From assembly GCA_963799845.1 (NCBI GenBank), contig CAWCYI010000006.1:608001-672000 (forward strand): a stretch of 64,000 bases of DNA, given 5' to 3'. The stretch comes from an uncultured Nitrososphaerota archaeon. Lineage in GTDB: Archaea > Thermoproteota > Nitrososphaeria > Nitrososphaerales > CADDZS01. A model generated the notes under the pieces. It was not told where the DNA came from, ran no database searches, and saw only the letters and a list, made by a program, of their open reading frames with translations. Every line of letters begins with the position of its first letter. Positions within the stretch are counted from its first letter, which is position 1. Shown here piece by piece: positions 10,209 to 19,843 of this stretch. The position numbers and the translations under genes were made by a program.

Positions 10209-10541
10209 TTGAGTAACAATCTGAAAGCGCAGAAGGGAGATACTGTCTCCATACATTACCTCGGAAAATATGTCGGCGGTCAGGTCTTTGACACATCGAT
10301 TGAGTCTGAAGCCAAGAAGAGCGGATTGCACAGCCCGGCCAGGGATTACAAGCCATTGCAAGTCAAGCTAGGTGCTGGGCAAGTCATCCAAGGATTTGAA
10401 GAAGCCATTTTGGGAATGGGCATTAACGAAGAAAAAGAGGTAACAATCCCTCCGGAGAAGGCCTACGGCAAGACAGGAAGACACCCGATGGCCGGCAAGA
10501 CTCTCGTTTTCAAACTCAGAGTTACGAATATCAAAAGATAG
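10209..10541 (+). CDS. FKBP-type peptidyl-prolyl isomerase (short)
   Basis: GDTVSIHYLG..FDTS..PLQVKLGAGQVIQGFEEAILGM..IPPEKAYG..HPMAGKTLVF. Confidence 0.9.
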   Translation: MSNNLKAQKGDTVSIHYLGKYVGGQVFDTSIESEAKKSGLHSPARDYKPLQVKLGAGQVIQGFEEAILGMGINEEKEVTIPPEKAYGKTGRHPMAGKTLVFKLRVTNIKR

Positions 10542-10605
10542 ATCCTTTTAGAATAATGTCAACGCCCTGGCCGGATTTAAAGCAGTCCAAAATGAGACTG
10601 GACCG

Positions 10606-12179
10606 TCAGGAGTAGACTGTCTGGCTCTGTTCCCTTAGAAACTGCTGGAGATAGTAGGGCCCTCCAGCTCCCTTCCCGCTCGAACCACTCCTTTTCCAGC
10701 CGACAAATGACTGGTTTCCGACCATGGCGCCCGTTGTAGAACCGGAGACTCTATTCGCATAAACTACCCCGGCTTGCACTCTAGCAAAAAATTCGCCGAT
10801 CTCCTTTCCATCTTCAGAAAATATCCCGGAGGTAAGCCCATAATCCACATTGTTTACTCTCTTTATTGCATCGTCTCAGCTCCGTGTATGATTCAATTGT
10901 GAGGATTGGAACAAACATCTCCGTTTTCACGAGATTGCTATTTCTTGGAATATCGACAACAATTGTTGGCTCCACGAAGTAACCCTTGGACAACTCTGCA
11001 TTCTTCAGTATACGACCTCCACTGGCGATTCGAGCTTCTTTTCGGGCTTCGTCTACAAAACTCTGATAATTCTTGTAGGCGGCTTCGTTGATCAGAGGGC
11101 CGAGAAATACTGGCCGGTCGGCAGGATTTCCGATTTTGAGTTCGGCAGTTTTCAATACTAGCTGCCCAATGAATTCGTCTTTTACCTTTTCATGGACATA
11201 AACGCGCGAGCATGCACTGCATTTTTGGCCTCCGAAACCGAAGGCTCCGCGCATCACTCCTTCCACCGCCTTCCCAACATTCCCCTTGTCGCTAACGACG
11301 GTTGCATTCTTGCCGCCCATCTCTGCTATGAAGGGCCGAGGTAGTTTCGCTTCGAACTCTGCAAGGGATCTTGAGCCGACGTCCCACGATCCAGTAAAGA
11401 CAACTCCCTGGACATGGGGATTTTCGATGAGCTCCTGCTCCCACGGTAGATCCGGATCCGGTTACAAAATTGTAAACTCCCACGGGGATTCCGGCTTGCC
11501 CCATTATTTTGCAGAGCTCGTATGACAGCAAAGGTGTATCTGAAGCGGGTTTCAGCACTACCGTGTTTCCGGCTATGCTCGCCCCGGCGCTCATTCCCGT
11601 CGCGATCGCAAATGGAAAATTGAAGGGAGCAATGACGCCCCAGACTCCGTAGGGCTTCAGGATCGATTTTGTACTCTCGTTCGGGAGACTGTGCCCCATT
11701 GGTATTTCAAATCCTTTGTTTTGCTCTAACTGGTCCGCGTAGTATCGAATGAAATCTATTCCCTCATCGACATCAGCCATGGCCTCGGTCCTCGTCTTTC
11801 CGTTCTCGAACGTCATCTCCGCTGCAAGCTTGAATTGTTGCCCAGATGCGAGATCCGCGGCTTTGCGATACAGCCTTACTCGTTCTAAGTACGGGGTCAT
11901 TGACCACGTCTCAAACGATTTCTTCGCAGCATTAATTGCGTGCTTTGCGTGCTCTCTGGTTCCTTTTTGGAACCGCCCTAAAACGAGTTCAGTATTGCAG
12001 GGTGAAACATCGTCAAAAGTTCCCTCTATCGAGAAAACCTCTTCTCCCCCGATTATCATCGGATAGGTTTTTCCAAAATCCTTCTGGACCTCTCCTATCG
12101 CAGTCTCGTATTCTTTGTGAAACTCTTCTTCGCTTCCGGATAACTTGAATCTTGAGAATGTGTTTTCGTTTTCGAACAT
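10606..12179 (-). CDS. Aldehyde dehydrogenase, P5C-dehydrogenase (RocA)-like, two frameshifts (about 11435 and 10876)
   Basis: PFNFP, KPASDTP, EMGGKN, GQKCSACSR, EMFVP, DYGLT, FVGWKRSG, AGGPYYLQQF across three ORFs. Confidence 0.88.
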
Positions 12180-12375
12180 TTTTCGCTTCTACTTCTCCAA
12201 CTAAGAAAGGATGTTGTTGAACAGATCTGATCTACAACCAGTCAAATAAGTGTTCAATAGCTTGAGTGATCAATCAATGCAAGAAATCGAGCCAATCGGA
12301 CTTGAATGCACTCAGCTCACTGATAGTGAAAGTTCTAGTTGCGAAAGATACGCTGTCCAGAAGGCAAAAAGACAG

Positions 12376-12819
12376 CTATGCAGCTTCAAGTTTTCCTTGC
12401 AGGCAGGTGAATAAACTCTTGATTATCTTCTCCGCCTGGCCCTGAAGTAGCCTTTGTCCGACTGATGCGATCCTTCCTCCGATTTTTGCGTCAGCAGACC
12501 ATTTCATCGATGTACCGCCGTCGGGCTGGTCGGAAAGATCCATGATAGTGTCCATGTCAACGGTACTTCCAATGCCAGTTCCGTGCGCAGTCAACTTCGC
12601 ATGTGAGGTCGGGGTCTTTTCTACCGTCGTGAAATGGAGCGTAAAGTCCCCTTTTATGAAAGAAACTCCAGCTTTGATAACCGCAGTAAAATCATCCGGA
12701 GACTTGACGTCTAGTTTTTGAAGATCTGGCATGCATTGCGAAATCTGATTCGGATCAAGCACCATCGCCCAAACTGTGTCCCTTTTGGCCTTTACGTTGA
12801 ATGTCCCATCAAAATGCAA
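12376..12819 (-). CDS. coxG: CoxG/SRPBCC family protein
   Basis: VWAMVLDPNQISQCMP...GGRIASVGQRLLQG; last gene of the coxMSL-type operon. Confidence 0.85.
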   Translation of the reverse strand: MHFDGTFNVKAKRDTVWAMVLDPNQISQCMPDLQKLDVKSPDDFTAVIKAGVSFIKGDFTLHFTTVEKTPTSHAKLTAHGTGIGSTVDMDTIMDLSDQPDGGTSMKWSADAKIGGRIASVGQRLLQGQAEKIIKSLFTCLQGKLEAA

Positions 12820-12833
12820 ATAATTTCTCTTCC

Positions 12834-15260
12834 CTAATTTTCCCCTTTGGATTTTGAGACTTTGTCGCGAATGAGTTTATGTATATGTTGCGGATTTTGA
12901 TGTGAATCACTGATTTCAATGCCAAACGGCGCTAGCGCGTCTTCAACCGCGTTCGAAATCGCACCTAGCGGAGTACCTCCACCTTCTCCTACTCCCCTAA
13001 TTCCCTTGGGGGCAAATAAAGAAGGGTATTCTAAGTGTCCTGTGATCAAATGGGGTATTTCTACCGCGGATGGAATCAGATAATCGATGAATGTATTGCT
13101 CTTGAGCTGCCCATTTTCGTCGTATTCAAAGTTTTCAAACATCGCCGCACCAATCCCGTGAGCGGCAGCTCCATGTACCTGTCCTTCGACTATCATGGGA
13201 TTTATCTGCCTCCCGCAATCGTCCACGATCACGTATCTCAGTATTCTGAACTTGCCGGTTTCGGGATCCAGCTCTATCGCTGCAATATGAGTCTGGTACG
13301 AGTAAGTTAGCGTTTGGTTCAGCCGCCACTTTTCATCGGGTAACGAAAAGTTTGGTTTCCAATAATGAGTAGCAACCAAACCGGGCTCCATTCCCTCAGG
13401 CAGCAAAAGGTTATTCACCCAAGCGACATTCGCGATCTGCCATAATGGCATCTTCCTTCCAGACGGGCGGTCGACGACATTCCCGTCTTTGAACTCGATG
13501 TCCTCCTCTCTTGTTTTCATAAGATGGGCGCCAATGATTGCGACTTTTTCTTTCAGCTTTTTTGACGCGCCCAGGAGAGCGCCCGTTCCCATCACAGCAG
13601 AACGACTCGCATACGAACCGGACTGGTGAGAGAACGGGTTAATTGCGGAGTCAAACCCCATCAGAACCGCAATCTGATCTGGAGTTATTCCGAATTCATC
13701 GGCAACAATTTGTGCCGCGAAAGTTTCGTGGCCCTGACCCTGCGGAACCGTACCGAGTCCTACTTGGAATTGCCCCATTCCGTCAATACTGACCCTTGCC
13801 GCTTCCGAGTTACCCGAGAACGGGTTATCATCCGTGAGGATCTTCACCTGCCCAAAGTTGTTGGTTCCCGAATCGACAGCCGTAGCGATTCCTATCCCAA
13901 TCATTTTGCCCAGCTTTCTTGCCCGAGCTTGCTCCTCCCTAAGTCCGTCGTAATCGATAAGCCTCATCGCCTTTCGTAAAGACTCTGCGTAGTTTCCGCC
14001 GTCGTAAATCCCGCCACTGGGGGTGACATAGGGCATCTCATCTGATCTTACGTAGTTCTTCAGCCTTACCTCCGAAGGGTCCAGTCCCAGCTCCCTGGCT
14101 ACAATGTCAACCGATCTCTCGATCATCCAGAGATGTTGCATCCTCGAATACCCGCGGTTTGGTCCCACGGGGGCCTTGTTCGTCATGACCTGGAAAAAAT
14201 CTACTTTCAGGTTGCTGAAATGATAAACACCAGGCGAGACCTGCGCCCAAATCGTCGCTCCCGCAGGTTCATAACGGGTATACGCGCCGCAGTCGTCGTA
14301 TGCGGCAACCTTGAAGCCAAGTATCGTGCCGTCCTTCTTTACCGGGACCTCGACATCGAAGCTCCGTTCGTTCCCGTGGTTTGCAAACATGTGCTCCCGC
14401 CGGTCCTCTGTCCACTTTACGGGGCGTTTTGCCTTCATGGAAAGAAGGCTGATTAAAGCGATGTACGGATAGCTGATAATCTTCGTTCCAAAGCCTCCTC
14501 CGATGTCCCCGGTGATCATCCTTATGCGGTTGGAGGGGAATTTCAGGCCGAACGAGAGCCATGGAATACAAAACATTGGCATCTGATTGTTGCAGTATAT
14601 GTTCAGAAAACCAGTTGCGCGATCGTAATTGACTACGACGCCGTTGTTCTCAATGGGTGTCGAGCTGAACCTGTGAAAGTGAAGTTTCGCCCTAACAACT
14701 TTGTCAGCCCCTTTCAGTGCGTCCTCGATGTCCCCGTAATTCCACGTCCCGTGAAAAACGAGATTCGAACCGACCTGTTCATGAACCAATGTTGCATCAG
14801 AATTTAGAGCCTCGCGCGCGTCAAGTACATGGTCTAGCGGCTCATACTCGACGTCGACAAGTTCGAGCGCGTCTTCGGCAATTCCTCTGGTCTCGGCAAC
14901 AATGGCAACGACTGGTTCTCCGACAAAATGAACCTTGTCCACCGCCAGACAGTAATCTCTCACTTTGTTTGCGGGTGCCGGAGAAATCTGTAGAAACGGA
15001 TCGGTCAGCTTCGCTACTTCCTGACCCGTTAGTGCATAAATGACACCGCGGAGAGCTGCAGCTTTGCTGACGTCTACATTTTTTATTCTTGCATTTGCAT
15101 AAGGACTGCGCAGGATAGAGGCAAACGTCAACCCTGGGAGTTTAACATCGTCAACGAACTTTCCCAAACCGGAGACGAGTCTTGGGTCTTCCTTGCGCTT
15201 TAGTGGTTGACCCATCCACTTAGTTTGACTCTCCTTGACCAGTTCTGTGACTGTGGCCAA
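12834..15260 (-). CDS. Xanthine dehydrogenase-family molybdopterin-binding large subunit (CoxL/CutA-like, not form I CODH)
   Basis: RKEDPRLVSG, GGGFGTK, QGQGHET, GSYASRS, VEGQVHG, RGVGEGG; active-site loop GPNRGYSR. Confidence 0.92.
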   Translation of the reverse strand: MATVTELVKESQTKWMGQPLKRKEDPRLVSGLGKFVDDVKLPGLTFASILRSPYANARIKNVDVSKAAALRGVIYALTGQEVAKLTDPFLQISPAPANKVRDYCLAVDKVHFVGEPVVAIVAETRGIAEDALELVDVEYEPLDHVLDAREALNSDATLVHEQVGSNLVFHGTWNYGDIEDALKGADKVVRAKLHFHRFSSTPIENNGVVVNYDRATGFLNIYCNNQMPMFCIPWLSFGLKFPSNRIRMITGDIGGGFGTKIISYPYIALISLLSMKAKRPVKWTEDRREHMFANHGNERSFDVEVPVKKDGTILGFKVAAYDDCGAYTRYEPAGATIWAQVSPGVYHFSNLKVDFFQVMTNKAPVGPNRGYSRMQHLWMIERSVDIVARELGLDPSEVRLKNYVRSDEMPYVTPSGGIYDGGNYAESLRKAMRLIDYDGLREEQARARKLGKMIGIGIATAVDSGTNNFGQVKILTDDNPFSGNSEAARVSIDGMGQFQVGLGTVPQGQGHETFAAQIVADEFGITPDQIAVLMGFDSAINPFSHQSGSYASRSAVMGTGALLGASKKLKEKVAIIGAHLMKTREEDIEFKDGNVVDRPSGRKMPLWQIANVAWVNNLLLPEGMEPGLVATHYWKPNFSLPDEKWRLNQTLTYSYQTHIAAIELDPETGKFRILRYVIVDDCGRQINPMIVEGQVHGAAAHGIGAAMFENFEYDENGQLKSNTFIDYLIPSAVEIPHLITGHLEYPSLFAPKGIRGVGEGGGTPLGAISNAVEDALAPFGIEISDSHQNPQHIHKLIRDKVSKSKGEN

Positions 15261-15281
15261 GGTACTGACACCTACAATCAG

Positions 15282-15809
15282 TTACATCTGCTGGGCGCTC
15301 TTCCCGCCCTCTGACTGCATCTTCTTGGCTGCTGCCTTGATCGATTTTACAATGTTCACGTAACCCGTGCAGCGGCAGAGATTTCCTTCAATTCCCCTTC
15401 GGATTTCATCCTCGGTAGGATCTGGATTTCTCTGCAGGAGGAAAAGACCAGAGATCAACATGCCGGGCGTGCAGTATCCACACTGCAGACCGTGGTTTTC
15501 CCAAAATGCCTCCTGGATCGGATGAAGCTTATCACCATCTGCAAGGCCTTCAACCGTTGTAATGTCTGCGCCCTGGGCCTGAATCGCGAGAACCATGCAA
15601 GACTTTACAGTCTTGCCATTCATGAAAATCGTGCAAGCCCCGCAGTGACCCGTATCGCATCCGATGTGAGTTCCGGTGAGGTTCAACTCATCTCGGATAA
15701 AATGAACCAAGAGCAGTCTTGGTTCAGCGACGCCGCTGTACTCTTTGCCGTTGATCTTGCATTTGACCTGGACCAGGTCTGACCTTGTTGCTGATTTCAT
15801 CATTTCCAA
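15282..15809 (-). CDS. 2Fe-2S small subunit (CoxS/CutC-like)
   Basis: [28 protein letters not shown]. Confidence 0.95.
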   Translation of the reverse strand: MEMMKSATRSDLVQVKCKINGKEYSGVAEPRLLLVHFIRDELNLTGTHIGCDTGHCGACTIFMNGKTVKSCMVLAIQAQGADITTVEGLADGDKLHPIQEAFWENHGLQCGYCTPGMLISGLFLLQRNPDPTEDEIRRGIEGNLCRCTGYVNIVKSIKAAAKKMQSEGGKSAQQM

Positions 15810-15814
15810 TCTAC

Positions 15815-16678
15815 CTACTTTAGCCTCGTCATTGCCATCTTGATTGTTCTTCTCGTAAACACTTTCATCATGTCCAGTCTGTATTCCCTGCTTCCATGCA
15901 TGTCGGACGGTGGATCAGCTCCTTCGTTAGCTCTCTCAGCGGCGTCTGCGATGGTCTTGTCATCCAGCGTCTTGCCTTTGAGATAGTTCTCGACTGCCTT
16001 TCCCCTCAAGGGTCTCGGACCGACGGCACCGAATGCGATTCGGATATCCTTGCAAACATTACCAGGATCGACTGTTAGGACAACACCGGTACCGACGATT
16101 GCAAAATCGCCTTCGCGTCTGCTGTGCTTAATGTAAGCCGAGGCAGAGTTTGGCGGAAGGTAGAGAAGCCGGATTTCAGAAAGGACTTCGTCGTGCCCGA
16201 CCGCAGTCTCAAAAAGATCCTTGAAAAATTCAGTAGCCGGAACGATTCTCTGTCCCTTACCGTTGTGAATTACAAATCTAGCGTCCAGCGCCGTTAGAGC
16301 AGTAGGCAGGTCTGCCGCGGGGTCTGCGTGGCACGAACTTCCCCCAATGGTCCCCTTGTTTCGAATCTGCTGATCTCCAATCTTGCTGGCGGCATCTGTA
16401 AGAATCGGGAAAAGCCTCTTGATCGATTGATTATGCTCAATGATGTCATGTATCGTCAGGGCACCTATTCCGAGATACTCCTTGTCTTCCCTTACGTATG
16501 AAAGATCTTGAAGATTCGAAATATCAACCAAAGCCGATGGAGCGGCAAGTCTTAGTTTCATGAGAGCTAGAAGACTCTGACCACCGGCGAGCACCTTTGC
16601 ATCCTCATTATCATGCAAGAGCTGTATTGCTTCGCCGATTGACGAGGCTGAATAATAATCAAATTTCTTTGGGGTCAT
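15815..16678 (-). CDS. FAD-binding medium subunit (CoxM/CutB-like)
   Basis: [38 protein letters not shown]. Confidence 0.94.
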   Translation of the reverse strand: MTPKKFDYYSASSIGEAIQLLHDNEDAKVLAGGQSLLALMKLRLAAPSALVDISNLQDLSYVREDKEYLGIGALTIHDIIEHNQSIKRLFPILTDAASKIGDQQIRNKGTIGGSSCHADPAADLPTALTALDARFVIHNGKGQRIVPATEFFKDLFETAVGHDEVLSEIRLLYLPPNSASAYIKHSRREGDFAIVGTGVVLTVDPGNVCKDIRIAFGAVGPRPLRGKAVENYLKGKTLDDKTIADAAERANEGADPPSDMHGSREYRLDMMKVFTRRTIKMAMTRLK

Positions 16679-16866
16679 TGAGAATGTTTTGAATCGAGGT
16701 CGCTCAAGAATATTTCAATATATCTGAGCGTATTATTCGAATATTGTCGGCTGCGACAAATCTTCACCTAAATCTTAACTGAGCTGAGTAGCCGGTTGAA
16801 GTAATTGTTTTGAATATTGTTTCTCAATCCGTTGGGAAAACCGCCACGTAGTTCGTCAATTTACAC

Positions 16867-16969
16867 TAGCATTAGAATTTCCCAGGAGAGCTTGAAACAA
16901 GCTCTTTAGTAGACAGAATTACAACGTTGGTTGGACTCGCGAGAAATCGCGTAATAAATCACCGAAAGT
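16867..16969. repeat. Dispersed hairpin element, copy 2
   Basis: GGAGAGCTTG-AAA-CAAGCTCTTT stem, AGAATT repeats at 16874 and 16915, TAATAAATCA at 16952-16961; homologous to 9525-9628. Confidence 0.8.
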
Positions 16970-17380
16970 GAAACAATAGCTTTGGGAAAGCAGGTCGACA
17001 GAAGAAGGTGGACCTCCGGAGGGTACTCAAACTGGTTAGACTCTATTCCCGCCTACCAGGTCTGATCGCGTGTGGCGCAGCGTTGCAAGGAGACTTCATC
17101 TATTTGTTAACGTGCGGCAAAAGTTGGTCATGCCCATCTCTACTATCACATTCTCTCAGAAGTCCTGGACGGAAGCTTGTGACTCTAGGTGCAGTTGTAC
17201 TAGTCGTTGACCAGAATCCAGAATAGCTCGAACGTTTGAGAGCGCTGTTGCAAAAAAGGAACCGCTATGTAGACCTACTATGATGGAGGTAAAAACCGGT
17301 AAATACTTAAATTCTAATTTGCTATAACTAATTCCAAGGTTTGACTGATTACCAATTGAACTTTACGTTTGGTGGTTATA

Positions 17381-18709
17381 TTGAGTCAAGAGAAAGGAAT
17401 CGTAAAGTACTTAGTAAAATTAAGATTTGATGTAGAAGGAGTAGTTGAAAAGGCAGATCTAATAGGCGCAATCTTTGGACAGACGGAGGGCCTCTTCGGG
17501 CCCGAGATGAACCTACAGGAACTGCAAAAGACGTGGAAAGTCGGTCGCATAGAGATAAACCTGCAGTCGAGCAATGGCAAGACTTCTGGCGAAGTTCTAA
17601 TTCCTATGAGTACTGACGTTTCGACTGCCGCGCTCATCGCTGCCGCGGTTGAAAACGTTGACAAAGTAGGGCCGTGCGCCGCGAAATTCCAACTGGTCGG
17701 GATCACCGATGTCCGAGCCGATCGAAGGAAGGTCATCGTCGATCGCGCGAAGTCCATAATGAAGGACTGGGCTTCAAAGACCGCCAGCGAGGGAGAGGAG
17801 TCCCTCAAGGATATTGTTGATTCCGCGAAAAAGGCCAGATTGATTACGTTTGGCAAGGAAGGCTTACCCGCGGGCCCGGCAGTATCTTCGTCGGAGACGG
17901 TTTACGTCGTCGAGGGACGAGCTGACATCATAAACCTTCTGAGGGCCGGAATCGAGAACACTATTGCCGTAGAGGGAACCAGCGTCCCCGATACGGTGAA
18001 AGACCTTGCCAGAAAGGGCAGGACTCTGATAGCATTTCTGGATGGAGACCGCGGCGGTGATCTTATCCTAAAGGAACTTAGCCAGGTCGCAAAGATAGAC
18101 CGAGTTTACAGAGCGCCCAGAGGCCGTGAAGTCGAGGAGCTCACTCCGGTGGAGATTCTAGAGATTTTGCGCGAAAGACCTTCTGCTGAGCGGGGTGAAG
18201 ACTTGTCGGAAGAAAGGGAGGAACGGCCGCGCGAACATAGAGAAAACCACGGCAGGTATGACCGGGGAGGAGGCGGAAGATATGGACGAAGAGACAGGGG
18301 CGATCGAGGAAGAGGGCCGAGAGACAGACAGGAGTATCAATACGAAGAAAGGCCTCCTGAAAGGGAGCCGGTCGAGCAGCCTCAATTACCACCGGCACCA
18401 CCAATGGCTCCCGAAGTAGTGGAGAAGGTCAAAACTGAATATGCTTCTATTAACGGAACGCTGGAAGCAAAAGTATTCGACTCTTCTTGGAACGAGATTG
18501 CGAGAATGCCCGTTAACGAGATCGTTACGAAACTTGGTGAGACCTCGGGGGCAAAGCACCTCGTCTTCGACGGGATTGTAACCCAGCGGTTGATTGACGC
18601 CGGCGCCAAGGTTGGAATCGAAACAGTTGTGGGACACAGAACGGGAGAGATCCAGAACAAGCCGGAAGGGATTCTGGTTTACAGCTTTAGGGATCTCGGT
18701 CTCGAATAG
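17381..18709 (+). CDS. dnaG: Archaeal DnaG (TOPRIM, exosome-associated)
   Basis: GVVEKADLIGAIFGQTEGLFG, VVEGRADIINL, DGDRGG, APRGREVEEL, FDGIVTQRLID. Confidence 0.95.
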   Translation: MSQEKGIVKYLVKLRFDVEGVVEKADLIGAIFGQTEGLFGPEMNLQELQKTWKVGRIEINLQSSNGKTSGEVLIPMSTDVSTAALIAAAVENVDKVGPCAAKFQLVGITDVRADRRKVIVDRAKSIMKDWASKTASEGEESLKDIVDSAKKARLITFGKEGLPAGPAVSSSETVYVVEGRADIINLLRAGIENTIAVEGTSVPDTVKDLARKGRTLIAFLDGDRGGDLILKELSQVAKIDRVYRAPRGREVEELTPVEILEILRERPSAERGEDLSEEREERPREHRENHGRYDRGGGGRYGRRDRGDRGRGPRDRQEYQYEERPPEREPVEQPQLPPAPPMAPEVVEKVKTEYASINGTLEAKVFDSSWNEIARMPVNEIVTKLGETSGAKHLVFDGIVTQRLIDAGAKVGIETVVGHRTGEIQNKPEGILVYSFRDLGLE

Positions 18710-18774
18710 TTAGTTCAATCAAAACACTAGCTCCTCAGCATTTAATCTGAGAGCCAGCGGGAGCTCGATATTGC

Positions 18775-19842
18775 GTGATCGTCAACAGACTGGACATCAA
18801 GCACGACCTTGTTACGTTAACTCCAGAGCAGCCGGATGATCTCTGGACTCTTCGAAGGATCATTACAAAGGGCGATCTAGTCGCGGGAGAGACTTCGAGG
18901 GTCTACAAAGACCTGGGAGAGTACTCCCGTCCGGACAAAGAAAGGATAAAGGTCACGGTAACCGTTGAGGTCGAAGAGGTTCAGCTCGACAGCACGTTTT
19001 CCCGGCTTAAAGTTTCAGGAAAAATAATGGATGTTTCAAACGAGCTTCTGAGCAAGGGTTCGTTTCACTCCTTGACAGTCTCAGAGGGCCACAGGGTCTC
19101 AATAAGAAAACCGAACGGTTTCACTGGCGTCCAGCTGAGGCTGATAGAAGGTGCAGGCGCTCCTAAAGACAGTTATGTCGTGATCGCTCTTGATCAGAGA
19201 GAGGCCGGAATAGGGGTGATAAAAGGCACACATCTCCAAATTCTTCCGACGATAGAATCTGGCGTCACCGGCAAGATGTACCAGGATTCCAAGAAAGGCG
19301 CGGGTGGAAATTACTTTGAGAAAATTGCTGATGCGCTTGCAGTAGTTTACCCGCAAAACGCCAAGGTTTTCGTTTTGGGTCCAGGCACAACCAAGGAGAA
19401 ATTCGTCAACTATGTCCAGCGCGAGCGGAAGGAGTTTGATGAAGTCCAGACGATCGAGGGCTCGGATGTTGCAGGCGAGGACGGTGTCTACGTTGCACTC
19501 CGAAACCCGAATCTTCAGGAAGCACTTTCAGAGAGCCGACTCGCAAGGGTGACGAGGCTAATTCAAGAGATAATGCGCAGGATCTCTCTAGGCGACTCTC
19601 GGATCGCACTGGCGTTCAGGGACAGTCTCAAAGCCGCAAGGCAGGGCGCGGTCGAGTCGCTAATAATGGCGGACAAGATATTCTACCAGAAAGGGATCGA
19701 AGAAGACGAAATTGTAGATCTCCTGAATTCCGTGGAGGAATATCGGGGGGAGACGTTTTTGCTCGACTCTACCACTGATCTTGGTTCCCAGGTCAACACT
19801 CTGGGTGGGGTTGTGGCTCTGTTGCGTTTTGCTGTAAAGTAG
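18775..19842 (+). CDS. pelA: Pelota/Dom34 mRNA surveillance protein
   Basis: PEQPDDLWTLRRII..GD, RLKVSGKI, GSFHSL, GPG, GAVESL, LGGVVALLRF. Confidence 0.93.
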   Translation: MIVNRLDIKHDLVTLTPEQPDDLWTLRRIITKGDLVAGETSRVYKDLGEYSRPDKERIKVTVTVEVEEVQLDSTFSRLKVSGKIMDVSNELLSKGSFHSLTVSEGHRVSIRKPNGFTGVQLRLIEGAGAPKDSYVVIALDQREAGIGVIKGTHLQILPTIESGVTGKMYQDSKKGAGGNYFEKIADALAVVYPQNAKVFVLGPGTTKEKFVNYVQRERKEFDEVQTIEGSDVAGEDGVYVALRNPNLQEALSESRLARVTRLIQEIMRRISLGDSRIALAFRDSLKAARQGAVESLIMADKIFYQKGIEEDEIVDLLNSVEEYRGETFLLDSTTDLGSQVNTLGGVVALLRFAVK

Positions 19843-19843
19843 C

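Noticed and set aside
12834-15260. Aerobic CO dehydrogenase
   Set aside because: Lacks the AYxCSFR copper-binding loop.
17008-17226. 72-aa ORF (also 9673-9876 and 2273-2476) as real genes
   Set aside because: No motifs, atypical composition, non-ATG starts; probably spurious ORFs in intergenic DNA.
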